Below, in pieces: positions 1 through 8,889 of a stretch of DNA of 24,353 nucleotides. Numbering within the stretch: the stretch's first letter is position 1; each line of letters begins with the position of its first letter. This DNA is from Candidatus Iainarchaeum sp. GTDB taxonomy: Archaea > Iainarchaeota > Iainarchaeia > Iainarchaeales > DTGL01. The translations under genes were made by a program, and so were the position numbers. The stretch covers positions 1-24,353 of the forward strand of contig JAOAJX010000008.1 of assembly GCA_026413945.1 (NCBI GenBank), written 5' to 3'. The notes under the pieces are model-generated. The model saw only the letters and a list, made by a program, of their open reading frames with translations, searched no databases and was not told where the DNA came from.

Positions 1-84
1 GGCGGTGATTTTAATCTCCCCGGTGGTCTGCCAGGCTTGCCAGGCGGTGATTTTAATCTCCCCGGTGGTCTGCCAGGAATTCCA
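1..84 (+). repeat. 42-bp in-frame tandem repeat (at least 2 copies) encoding GGDFNLPGGLPG[L/I]P
   Basis: Bases 1-35 and 43-77 are identical (ggcggtgattttaatctccccggtggtctgccagg). The array may continue upstream of the window. Confidence 0.95.
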
Positions 85-870
85 GGCGGAATTTCACTGC
101 CAAATATGAAAATTGATTTTGCTCTGCAAACTTTACTATCTGATTATAAAGCAGGAAAATCTCTTGTAGTTTCAGCAAGGAATCTGGGAATAAAAGTGAG
201 CAAGAACTCGGTATTGGTTTCTGTAATTGCTGATAGCCATTTTAATCCTCAAAAATGGGGCATGACTGACCTAAACAAAGAGGAAAGAGGCCAGATGTCT
301 TTTTATACTGGCTATGTTGCTGTTGACAATATAGAAAAAATGAGCGAAGAGAAAAGCGTGAATTATATTATGGCTGCAAGAAGTCCCGGTGAGGTAATAC
401 ATGATATAATCTCAATTAAATTGTCACCGGACCTTCTCGCAATAGTAGCTTGCATAAAGCAATTCAAGGGAAATTGTGATGTTGGTCACATTGCCAAAGA
501 AAATTCCCTTGAATATAAAAACGGATCAGTGCTTGCTTACATTTTGACAAAAAATAATGCGAGGCCATGTGTTGAAACAACTGTCGTCGAAGAGATTCCC
601 GATAAGGTTGACCCAACCATAAAAACCTTCAAGGCATATGTGCCAGTTGCCAAACTTGAAGAACTATCCAATTGTGCTGATGTTGATTTTGTGAGCGGAG
701 TAACTGTAACAGGCATACAGCTTGGAATTTGCTGCATCCTGCTGCTTATTGTTTCTGCAGTATTTGCAATTTATCTGATATTCTTTGTTTATCTGAGAAA
801 GAAGGAAAAAGACAAGGTTGATAAGCTTTGGAATTTATTGGCTTTAAAAAGGCAGAAGGGGGAGCAATGA
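1..870 (+). CDS. 5'-truncated membrane-anchored protein: Gly/Pro repeat, two tandem subtilisin-propeptide (I9-like) domains, C-terminal TM helix
   Basis: Frame 1 is open from base 1 to TGA 868-870. Two similar ~93-aa units end in YTGYVAVDNIEKMSEEKSVNYI and FKAYVPVAKLEELSNCADVDFV. A hydrophobic stretch (ICCILLLIVSAVFAIYLIFFVYL) is followed by RKKEK. The domain call is motif recall, not a search. Confidence 0.7.
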   Translation, partial: GGDFNLPGGLPGLPGGDFNLPGGLPGIPGGISLPNMKIDFALQTLLSDYKAGKSLVVSARNLGIKVSKNSVLVSVIADSHFNPQKWGMTDLNKEERGQMSFYTGYVAVDNIEKMSEEKSVNYIMAARSPGEVIHDIISIKLSPDLLAIVACIKQFKGNCDVGHIAKENSLEYKNGSVLAYILTKNNARPCVETTVVEEIPDKVDPTIKTFKAYVPVAKLEELSNCADVDFVSGVTVTGIQLGICCILLLIVSAVFAIYLIFFVYLRKKEKDKVDKLWNLLALKRQKGEQ

Positions 871-3800
871 AAAAAGCATTTATTCTTGCATTGCTTTTAA
901 TCTTTTTTGTTAGCTTTCCAAATGCTAAAGCAGTGCCAGTAAGTGCTGCAGATTGTAGAGGAAATACTCTTACTTTAAAGGACAACAATTATGAATTTCA
1001 GGGAAATATTTCGTGTGTGAATGTAGTTATTTATGCTCAAAACCAGGACACAACAATTGATTGTAAAGGTGCAAAATTAGAAGCTTATAGGGTTTGGTAT
1101 TACCCAAAAGACGGACGTAAAATTTCTATAAAAAACTGCAAGTTTGTACCTCTTCGCGGATATTCTAGTTATAACTACCACCAATTCCTGGTAGAAAAAA
1201 GTTTTGGCTTAGAGTATATGAATAACACATTTGAGAATACTTATTATAACATTGTAAGAAAGTACTGGTACTCGGGAAAGATTGATATCGACCTTAACTT
1301 GGTTGATAATAATCTGTCGAACTCATACTTCCAACTGTATTTGTATGACTATTATACACAACAGCAAGAATTTAAGCTAAATTTAACAAACAACAAATTG
1401 AACGGTTCCTTATTATACATAAGTTTTTATAACTATTACAATCAATCAACTGGACCAAGAATTTTTGCCAACATTAATAAGAACAATTTTGTAAGCTCTT
1501 ATTTGGGGGTGGTGACATATCACTATTATAGCTCATCGCAGAGTGATATTTACAACAACATCTCGATTGTTGACAACAATTTTGAGTTATCTCAAGTATA
1601 TTTAATATATTACAATTATGGTCAATCTCTTAAAGATGTCAATCTCTATCTTGAAGTTAAAAGGAATTTTTTCAATACTTCTTCTCTTTATGCTTATAAT
1701 TACAGCTACAGATATCCGGCATTCAGGAAAACAATCAGACAAATGCAATCATCCTTGTTGGAATTTTCAGAAAACGATTTTAATATGGCTAATGTACTGC
1801 TATACCTTTACCCAAATAGTTGGTTTAATGACTTAAACAAAATTTTGATTTTCACAAAAAACAAGCTTTATGGCACAAAAATAGATTTTGCAGATTACAG
1901 ATATATACAAAATGGCAAAATTGACTTCTCCTATAATGATGTAAATAGATCTAATATTAACCTTGGTTACTGGAATTACTGGTATTGGTATTATTGGAAT
2001 TGGTGGTATTACCAGTGGTATTATGCATGGTATTACTGGTATTATTATGGAATAACAATTGACCCAAGCATTGGTGAAATTAACTTTATCGGTAATAAAC
2101 TTGAGAAAAGTAAGCTAGATTTACTCGGTTACTGGCCTTCCTCATACTCAAACTTGACAATAAGTGATAACGTTTTCAAAGGATTTTATTGTCCACCAAA
2201 TTTGAACGAAAAAGAATGTAGCAGCTATTATAAAAACATGAGAGGAATATATTGGGTTGGCCTAAGCCAACTAACTATTCCGCCGAGAAACAACACAATT
2301 ATCTCAAATAATGAGTTTTTTGGAGATCTCAATTATGATGGATCAGCGATAACTCTTATGCTTGACCCATATGGAGGCCCATACTATGGGGGTCCTTATG
2401 ATTACTGGTGGATGTGTTATTATTGGGGCTATTGTGGTTGGTATTACTATTACTATTACTATTATTACTATCACTATTATTACTATTGGTATTACTACTA
2501 TTACTGGTATTGGTATTACTACTATTACTGGTATTACTACGCTCGATACTACCCATATAGCTATTGGTATTACTACTATTACTACTATATTTACTGGTAC
2601 TATTACCACTACTATTACTACTGGTACTACTATTACTACTGGTACTACTATGGCTATTACTACCGCTGGTATTACTGGTATTACTATCGATACTACTACT
2701 ATTACTACTGGTACTACTACCGCTATTACTACGGCTATTATCCATTCTTTGACATCTGGGCGAAAGGTGTTTTCGAGATTTCAAACAATTCTTTTAGGGG
2801 CTTTAACAGTGGGCTTGAGACATTGGCTGCGGCAGATGGGCAAACTGCCATAATAAAGAACAATACATTCGAAGACAACAAATATGGCATCAAATATATC
2901 AGTAGCTATGGAACAATGCTAGTTTATAGCAACATTTTTGCTAATAACGATGTTGGAATTGGCGCAATAAGTGGCACAGCTGGTGCTACGCCGTATTTCC
3001 CATATGCTTATCCGTCGGATGGCCCAATCTCTGTATATGACAACCGCTTTGAGAATAATCGCAAATGGGCGATAAAGTATGTGGGTGCTGATATATGGTA
3101 TGCGCCATATTATGGTGCATCAGAGGATGGCATCTACAACTATGATCCAACAAATAGGCGTTCTGGACCGATGTTTACGAGGCAAGAAGTGGATGATTAT
3201 CTGAAGAACTCAAAGACTATGCTTATCTGCATGGCAAATAATGACTTCACTGCAATGCCAAATACTGGCAAGAACGCAAAGGAAGGAGCAATAAGAAGAA
3301 TATCTGAGGCTGCAAACTATAATGGCCAATGCTTTGGCTTTTGTAGCGGCGCAATAAACAGTCCGCCAATCGCTGACTTTGATTCAACAACAGGAAAGGG
3401 TGTTTCAAACCTGACAGTTCATTTCTATGATCGATCTTACGATAAAGATGGCAATATTGTGTCATGGCAATGGGACTTTGGTGATGGCACTTATAGTACA
3501 GATCAGAACCCAGCGCATACCTACACGAGCAATGGCCCTTTTAACGTTACCCTAACAGTTAAAGATAATGGCGGAGCAAAGAATAGCACTCAGAAAAAAA
3601 TAACGCCTTACGATGTGGCTTCCATAAATGAGATTTTGGTGCAAGATATATCTGCAGGCGAAAGCGCTCAGATAAGTGTTACATGCACAAAAGACCTGGA
3701 AGGTACACTCAAAGTGTACTTTGATCCGCTTGGCTCGAAAACAAAGGTTTATGAGTCAAACTACAAATGTAACTCAGGTTCTGTTTCTGTTGGTCCGTTG

Positions 3801-3995
3801 ACAGAAATAGGTGTATACCTTGTAAGATATGACTTAAGCGTACCTGCAAACAAATGCACCAAATGCAACGCGGAGAAAGAGTTCATTGTAAAGAGAAGTG
3901 CTGTTACGACAGCATCAGAAGAGCCAATAGTTGCAGTTGCTGCTTTGCTTATGGTTTTTGTGGTTTTAACAATTAAAAAAAGTGTATGTAAATAA
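867..3995 (+). CDS. Secreted surface protein: right-handed parallel beta-helix repeats, Tyr/Trp-rich inserts, PKD domain, C-terminal membrane anchor
   Basis: ATG 867 overlaps the upstream stop (ATGA) and follows GGGGGAG. Signal peptide MKKAFILALLLIFFVSFPNAKA. Repeated I-x-N-N-x-F strands (ISNNEF, ISNNSF, IKNNTF, VYDNRF). PKD signature WQWDFGDG...NPAHTY...VTLTVKD at about 3357-3605. C-terminal hydrophobic helix followed by KK. Confidence 0.85.
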   Translation: MKKAFILALLLIFFVSFPNAKAVPVSAADCRGNTLTLKDNNYEFQGNISCVNVVIYAQNQDTTIDCKGAKLEAYRVWYYPKDGRKISIKNCKFVPLRGYSSYNYHQFLVEKSFGLEYMNNTFENTYYNIVRKYWYSGKIDIDLNLVDNNLSNSYFQLYLYDYYTQQQEFKLNLTNNKLNGSLLYISFYNYYNQSTGPRIFANINKNNFVSSYLGVVTYHYYSSSQSDIYNNISIVDNNFELSQVYLIYYNYGQSLKDVNLYLEVKRNFFNTSSLYAYNYSYRYPAFRKTIRQMQSSLLEFSENDFNMANVLLYLYPNSWFNDLNKILIFTKNKLYGTKIDFADYRYIQNGKIDFSYNDVNRSNINLGYWNYWYWYYWNWWYYQWYYAWYYWYYYGITIDPSIGEINFIGNKLEKSKLDLLGYWPSSYSNLTISDNVFKGFYCPPNLNEKECSSYYKNMRGIYWVGLSQLTIPPRNNTIISNNEFFGDLNYDGSAITLMLDPYGGPYYGGPYDYWWMCYYWGYCGWYYYYYYYYYYHYYYYWYYYYYWYWYYYYYWYYYARYYPYSYWYYYYYYYIYWYYYHYYYYWYYYYYWYYYGYYYRWYYWYYYRYYYYYYWYYYRYYYGYYPFFDIWAKGVFEISNNSFRGFNSGLETLAAADGQTAIIKNNTFEDNKYGIKYISSYGTMLVYSNIFANNDVGIGAISGTAGATPYFPYAYPSDGPISVYDNRFENNRKWAIKYVGADIWYAPYYGASEDGIYNYDPTNRRSGPMFTRQEVDDYLKNSKTMLICMANNDFTAMPNTGKNAKEGAIRRISEAANYNGQCFGFCSGAINSPPIADFDSTTGKGVSNLTVHFYDRSYDKDGNIVSWQWDFGDGTYSTDQNPAHTYTSNGPFNVTLTVKDNGGAKNSTQKKITPYDVASINEILVQDISAGESAQISVTCTKDLEGTLKVYFDPLGSKTKVYESNYKCNSGSVSVGPLTEIGVYLVRYDLSVPANKCTKCNAEKEFIVKRSAVTTASEEPIVAVAALLMVFVVLTIKKSVCK
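1968..2048 (+). repeat. 27-codon Tyr/Trp tract (14 Y, 9 W)
   Basis: YWNYWYWYYWNWWYYQWYYAWYYWYYY, built mostly from TAT/TAC/TGG codons. Confidence 0.95.
2403..2741 (+). repeat. 113-codon poly-Tyr/Trp low-complexity tract (81 Y, 15 W by hand count)
   Basis: Imperfect TAY/TGG trinucleotide array, in frame with 867..3995 and with no stop codon. Confidence 0.95.
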
Positions 3996-4057
3996 GCATA
4001 GCTTCTTTTTTATAGCCACAGCTAAGAAATAAAAAACTCTTTCAGCATATTGCTATT

Positions 4058-4936
4058 ATGCTTTTGGTTTACTCTGATGATTTTTTGAAGCATTCCTTCA
4101 TCAACCACCCTGAAAGTCCAGGAAGACTCTCCTCAATAAAAAGCTTACTCGATAAGAAAAAGGGAATTCGGTACATTGTTCCAAAACCAGCAACTGAAAA
4201 TGATCTTATTAAGGTTCACACTCAAGAGCTTATAGAGGATCTTAAAATGCGTTCCAAAAAACACCTCGGCGATTCCGACAATCCATTTGTTTCCAGCACT
4301 TTTGAAATAGCAAAGTTAAGCGCAGGTGCAGCTATTGAAGCAGCAAAACATTCTGAAAGCAAATGTTTTTCGCTTGCTAGACCACCAGGACATCATGCGG
4401 GCAGGAACTTCTTTAGTGGTTTTTGCTATCTGAATAACATTGCCATCGGAGTCTCAAGTGTTCTCAAGAAATATGGCAGAGCTATGATTGTTGATTTTGA
4501 TGTCCATCTAGGTCAAGGCACACTTGACATATTTGCAGGCAGCGATGCTGTTTTCTACCTTTCCTTTCACCAGAATGCAGAAACCATTTACCCGTGGCAC
4601 GAGCCGGTTGTTAGAGAAAAAAACATATGCCTTTTTGCACTGAACCCCGGCATTGGAGACTCAGATTATCTCAGAATATTTGAAAAATGCTTTAAGCAAG
4701 CCGTTTCTGATTTTAAGCCAGACCTCATTGCATGCTCGGCCGGCTTTGATGCTTATTATCAAGATTATTACTATGTTGGCAGTGCCCTCAGCATTAGGGA
4801 AGAAGAAACTTTTAAGCGAATAGGAGAGATAATTGCAAGCGCCGATAAACCGGGTTTTGCTGTCTTGGAAGGCGGCTACAACCTTGAAAGGCTCGGATTT
4901 CTTGTTTACAATTTCCTAAGAGGTTGGCAAAAATGA
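4058..4936 (+). CDS. Histone deacetylase family (AcuC/AphA-like) Zn-dependent deacetylase
   Basis: Motifs HPESPGRL, RPPGHHA, GFCYLNN, DFDVHLGQGT, SAGFDAY and LEGGY. Confidence 0.93.
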   Translation: MLLVYSDDFLKHSFINHPESPGRLSSIKSLLDKKKGIRYIVPKPATENDLIKVHTQELIEDLKMRSKKHLGDSDNPFVSSTFEIAKLSAGAAIEAAKHSESKCFSLARPPGHHAGRNFFSGFCYLNNIAIGVSSVLKKYGRAMIVDFDVHLGQGTLDIFAGSDAVFYLSFHQNAETIYPWHEPVVREKNICLFALNPGIGDSDYLRIFEKCFKQAVSDFKPDLIACSAGFDAYYQDYYYVGSALSIREEETFKRIGEIIASADKPGFAVLEGGYNLERLGFLVYNFLRGWQK

Positions 4937-5430
4937 AGATTCTAATAGCATACCAAGGAAACAACAAAACAAATGCCCAAGTTGCAGAGACTATTAAAAA
5001 AGTTTTTGAGGAGAATGGCGCTGAGGTGAAGATTGAAGGCATCGAGCCAACAATTGAAATGCGTCTGTACGATTATCTCAAAGAATTCAGAAAAAAGAAA
5101 AGAATTGAATTTAAGAAAGCAACAACAGATGTAAAGTCCTATGCGTTAGTTGTAATAGGCACTCCTGTGCTGAAGTTTTCACCCACGCCACTAATGGAAA
5201 CATATGTTAGATCTCTTAAGAACACCAAAGGAAAGAGTTTTGCTCTATACTGTACACCAGTAGGGTTTGCAGGTACAACGATAAAGCGCCTCGCAAGCAT
5301 ACTTGCCACAAAGGGTGCAAACATCGTAGGGACACTTACACTTTCGTCCATATTTGAGCTCAACGAGGAGAAATTAAACATTGCAAAAAATTTTGCGAGG
5401 CAAATTCTTTCAGAAATTAATACGAAATAG
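4933..5430 (+). CDS. Flavodoxin-like fold protein
   Basis: MKILIAY...AETI, YALVVIGTPV and KGKSFALYCT pattern. ATG 4933 overlaps the deacetylase stop (ATGA). Confidence 0.75.
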   Translation: MKILIAYQGNNKTNAQVAETIKKVFEENGAEVKIEGIEPTIEMRLYDYLKEFRKKKRIEFKKATTDVKSYALVVIGTPVLKFSPTPLMETYVRSLKNTKGKSFALYCTPVGFAGTTIKRLASILATKGANIVGTLTLSSIFELNEEKLNIAKNFARQILSEINTK

Positions 5431-5435
5431 AAACG

Positions 5436-6326
5436 CTAATTCTCCGTTTCAGGCATTCTTATAATCATGCGATAGTTTTCAACTATAACTGCTGTGCCAT
5501 TAGGTGCTTTTTTTGCAACAATGCTAAAGTCTTCCTTTGGTTTTTCAAGCCCAAAGCCGCGCCATTTTGGTGATGCCCAAAAAGCAACAGGCCATTTATA
5601 TTTATTGTTTGGCTCTATTAAAAAGCCGGTTTTTGGACTTACAAAGAACTTAATGTCTGATTTTCCGTCTTCATCGCTGTCAACCTCAAAAATAGCCACT
5701 GCATTTTCTTTTAGCTCAAAGTCCTTGTTTGCAGGAATGAGAGGGACATAATAAATTGTGTCAGCTTCACCATTTAGTGTAGTATCCAATCCCTTGAATT
5801 TTATCCTCTTTTGGAATTGAATTGTGAAATCTTGTGCATCAAGCAAAAGGTAAAACCTTTTTCTGTCATTAGAGACAAAATACCTATACTTGATACCAAA
5901 AGGGAAAACAATGGCTTCTTCACTCACCTTGCCAAGGTCAAACTTGTATGTTCCATACACTTCACCAAAAATGTCTGTCAGCGTAACCTTTTCTGAGGTC
6001 CAGTCGAAATCGCAATAATAATACATACTGCCAGCATAAACCTCACAGTATTCTGTTGGCGACTCAACAAAGAAATCAACAGCCACTATGTTTAGATCTT
6101 CTAACATAAAAACTAATTTGTTTTCATAGAGGTAGATTGACGTCATCTTCTCTGTGTTTGGGAAATAATTTGAGTCAACATCAAAAGAGTGGTCTGCTTC
6201 TATTATGCTAAGCTCTTTGTCTGGCTCTTTTGGTATGCTCTGAATGGTAACCACAATCAAAGAGATGACTATAATCATCACAATAAGCAACTTTCCTTTT
6301 TTAGAGCCCACAGTATATAAAAACAT
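5436..6326 (-). CDS. Hypothetical protein with N-terminal membrane anchor and a DxDxDG Ca-binding-like motif
   Basis: 296-aa ORF with KKGK followed by LLIVMIIVISLIVVTI, and DSDEDGKSD. No family recognised. Confidence 0.7.
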   Translation of the reverse strand: MFLYTVGSKKGKLLIVMIIVISLIVVTIQSIPKEPDKELSIIEADHSFDVDSNYFPNTEKMTSIYLYENKLVFMLEDLNIVAVDFFVESPTEYCEVYAGSMYYYCDFDWTSEKVTLTDIFGEVYGTYKFDLGKVSEEAIVFPFGIKYRYFVSNDRKRFYLLLDAQDFTIQFQKRIKFKGLDTTLNGEADTIYYVPLIPANKDFELKENAVAIFEVDSDEDGKSDIKFFVSPKTGFLIEPNNKYKWPVAFWASPKWRGFGLEKPKEDFSIVAKKAPNGTAVIVENYRMIIRMPETEN

Positions 6327-6370
6327 GTTTTTATTTAAATAGCTTTTGTTGTGCTGGGCTGCAATTCTAA

Positions 6371-6398
6371 GAAAAGGGTTTAAAATTATACACTTTTC
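6371..6398. promoter_or_regulatory. Imperfect 28-bp palindrome in the divergent gap upstream of grpE (back-to-back BRE/TATA-like elements or an operator)
   Basis: GAAAAGGGTTTAAA|ATTATACACTTTTC, with 11 of 14 positions symmetric. Confidence 0.4.
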
Positions 6399-6468
6399 AT
6401 AAATATATTGTATCGCAAATCTTTTCTTTGCCTTTGTTTTCCTTTATACATTCTTAAGAGTGAACTTT

Positions 6469-6966
6469 ATGGCTAAAGAAAAAAGCAAAAAAACTTGCAA
6501 AAAGGAGCTTATGGAGAAAATAAAAGCTCTTGAAAATGAGCTATCTCATGAAAAGGCTCTTGCCGAAGAGCGCCTAACACAGATTAAATACCTGAGAGCC
6601 GACTTTGACAATTACGTTAAAAAACTAGATGCAGAGAAGCAAGAATACGCAAAAATTGCAAATGAAAAGCTTATCCTTGACCTTTTGCCTTTACTGGATG
6701 ATTTTGAAAGTGCGATAAAAACAGGAGTGTGTGATTTACATGGGCTGTCGCTTTTATACAGCAAACTGTTGAAAGTGTGTGAGGCCCATGGCTTAAAAAA
6801 GATTGATGCTTTAAACAAAAAATTTGATCCAAACCTTCATGAAGTGATTCAAAAGGAAGTCTGTGATAAGGATGATGGCCTAATAATCAGCGAATTTCAA
6901 AGCGGATATATGCTTAACTCAAAGGTTATAAGACCTTCTAAGGTAAAAATAGCTGTAAAGAGTTGA
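6469..6966 (+). CDS. grpE: Nucleotide exchange factor GrpE
   Basis: [30 protein letters not shown] and [16 protein letters not shown]. It lies directly upstream of dnaK. ATG 6469 is preferred over GTG 6460. Confidence 0.96.
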   Translation: MAKEKSKKTCKKELMEKIKALENELSHEKALAEERLTQIKYLRADFDNYVKKLDAEKQEYAKIANEKLILDLLPLLDDFESAIKTGVCDLHGLSLLYSKLLKVCEAHGLKKIDALNKKFDPNLHEVIQKEVCDKDDGLIISEFQSGYMLNSKVIRPSKVKIAVKS

Positions 6967-6988
6967 TTTTAAAGCAGGAGGTGGTTTT

Positions 6989-8887
6989 TTGGCGAAGGAA
7001 AAAATAATTGGCATTGATCTTGGAACTTCGAATAGCCAAGCAGCTGTTGTTATAGCTGGAAGACCAACAATAATACCTTCTGCTGAAGGTCCAACTGTGG
7101 CAGGAAAAATGTTTCCTTCTTATGTAGCATTTACAAAGGAAGGCCAGCTTCTTGTAGGTGAGCCAGCAAGAAGACAAGCTGTCTCAAATCCAGAAGGCAC
7201 AGTTATAGGTGTAAAAAGAAAAATGGGTACGAACCATACCTATAAAATTTACGGCAAAACATATAAGCCGCAGGAAATCTCAGCTTTTATACTACAGAAG
7301 ATAAAAAAAGATGCGGAGGCATTTTTAGGTGAACCGGTTAAGAAGGCAGTTATAACAGTGCCTGCATATTTCAATGACAACCAACGTACTGCAACTAGAG
7401 ATGCTGGTAGAATTGCTGGGCTAGAAGTTGTAAGACTTGTTAACGAGCCAACAGCAGCAGCAATGGCCTATGGTCTTGACAAAAGCGGCGAACACAAGAT
7501 ACTTGTATTTGACCTTGGAGGTGGCACGCTCGATGTCACGATTATGGAATTTGCTGAGGGTACATACAATGTGATCTCAACATCAGGAGATACGCAGCTC
7601 GGTGGCACAGATATGGATAATGCAATAATAGATTGGGTTATCAAGGAGTTCAAGGAGAAGGAAGGCATAGATTTAAGGAATGATAGCGTTGCAATGCAAC
7701 GCATAAGAGAAGCATCTGAGAAAGCAAAAATCGAGCTTAGCACTGTTCTTGAGACTGAAATAAACCTCCCATATATAACATCTGATGACAAAGGCCCAAA
7801 GCACCTTAACCTTAAGCTTACAAGGGCAAGGCTTGAGAAGCTTATTGAGCCAATAGTAAACAGATGTCTTGCACCCATTGAACAAGCATTAAAAGATGCA
7901 AAACTCAAAAAAGACGATATAGATAAAATAGTTCTTGTTGGTGGGCCAACAAGGATGCCTATAATAAAAGAATTTCTTGAAAAACACGTTGGAAAGAAAC
8001 TCGAGCGAGGCGTTGATCCAATGGAATGCGTAGCTATTGGCGCAGCAATACAAGGCGCCATACTCGCAGGTGAGATAAAAGACCTTGTGCTATTGGACGT
8101 AACTCCACTAACTTTAGGCATAGAAACTTTAGGTAATATAATGACCCCCCTTATACCAAGAAACACAACAATTCCAACCAAAAAAAGCCAAATATTCACA
8201 ACAGCATCCGACTTCCAAAACGCTGTTACAATCCACATTCTTCAAGGCGAAAGGCCAATGGCAAAAGACAACATAAGTTTAGGGCAGTTCAACTTAGTTG
8301 GCATTCCACCAGCTCCTCGCGGAGTTCCGCAAATAGAAGTTACATTTGACATCGACGCTTCTGGCATACTGCATGTTTCTGCTAAAGATCTCGCAACAGG
8401 CAAAGAACAAAAAATGACAATAAGCGCTCCAACAAAGCTCTCGGAGAGAGAAGTTGAGGAAATGGTAAAAAAGGCAAAAGAGTTTGAGGAAGAAGACCGC
8501 AAAAAGAGGGAAGAAGCAGAGCTTAGAAACAATGCAGATGCATTAATTTATACAACTGAAAAAACACTCGCTGACCTTGGGGATAAGCTAACAGCAAAAC
8601 AAAAAGAAAAGATTGAGAAGGCACTTGGAGAAGCAAAAGATGCCCTTCAGGGTGGTGCTGTAGAGATTCTAAAAGAGAAGGTTGACGCCCTGCAAAAGGT
8701 TTTGCAGGAAGCTGGCAAGGCAATATATGAGGAAGCTGCAAAGAGATATTCTGAAGAAAAAGAAAGGCAAAAAAGCGAGTTTGGTGAAAGCAGCGATACT
8801 GAAAATGAAAAGAAGAGTAAAAGGCGTAAGTCAGATGACCAAGATGACGATACCATCGATGCTGAATTTAAAGTACAAGACGAATAA
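6989..8887 (+). CDS. dnaK: Chaperone DnaK (Hsp70)
   Basis: [38 protein letters not shown] and [15 protein letters not shown] start follows GGAGGTGG. It has the short N-terminal form typical of archaea and Gram-positives. Confidence 0.99.
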   Translation: MAKEKIIGIDLGTSNSQAAVVIAGRPTIIPSAEGPTVAGKMFPSYVAFTKEGQLLVGEPARRQAVSNPEGTVIGVKRKMGTNHTYKIYGKTYKPQEISAFILQKIKKDAEAFLGEPVKKAVITVPAYFNDNQRTATRDAGRIAGLEVVRLVNEPTAAAMAYGLDKSGEHKILVFDLGGGTLDVTIMEFAEGTYNVISTSGDTQLGGTDMDNAIIDWVIKEFKEKEGIDLRNDSVAMQRIREASEKAKIELSTVLETEINLPYITSDDKGPKHLNLKLTRARLEKLIEPIVNRCLAPIEQALKDAKLKKDDIDKIVLVGGPTRMPIIKEFLEKHVGKKLERGVDPMECVAIGAAIQGAILAGEIKDLVLLDVTPLTLGIETLGNIMTPLIPRNTTIPTKKSQIFTTASDFQNAVTIHILQGERPMAKDNISLGQFNLVGIPPAPRGVPQIEVTFDIDASGILHVSAKDLATGKEQKMTISAPTKLSEREVEEMVKKAKEFEEEDRKKREEAELRNNADALIYTTEKTLADLGDKLTAKQKEKIEKALGEAKDALQGGAVEILKEKVDALQKVLQEAGKAIYEEAAKRYSEEKERQKSEFGESSDTENEKKSKRRKSDDQDDDTIDAEFKVQDE

Positions 8888-8889
8888 AC

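Noticed and set aside
1968-2741. The two Tyr/Trp tracts as a diversity-generating retroelement TR/VR pair or a CRISPR array
   Set aside because: There is no reverse transcriptase in the window, no pair differing only at adenines, and no constant repeat with unique spacers.
2343-2853. Alternative-frame ORFs over the Tyr tract (Ser/Asn-rich 2356..2784 minus, Thr/Ile-rich 2362..2853, poly-Leu 2564..2752, Val/Ile-rich 2343..2609 minus)
   Set aside because: These are by-products of the TAY trinucleotide array. Only the Tyr frame is continuous with the signal peptide, beta-helix and PKD domains.
6415-6431. GCAAA-N7-TTTGC before grpE as a shared operator with GCAAA-N5-TTTGC before dnaJ
   Set aside because: The spacers differ, and GCAAA/TTTGC is very common throughout this window.
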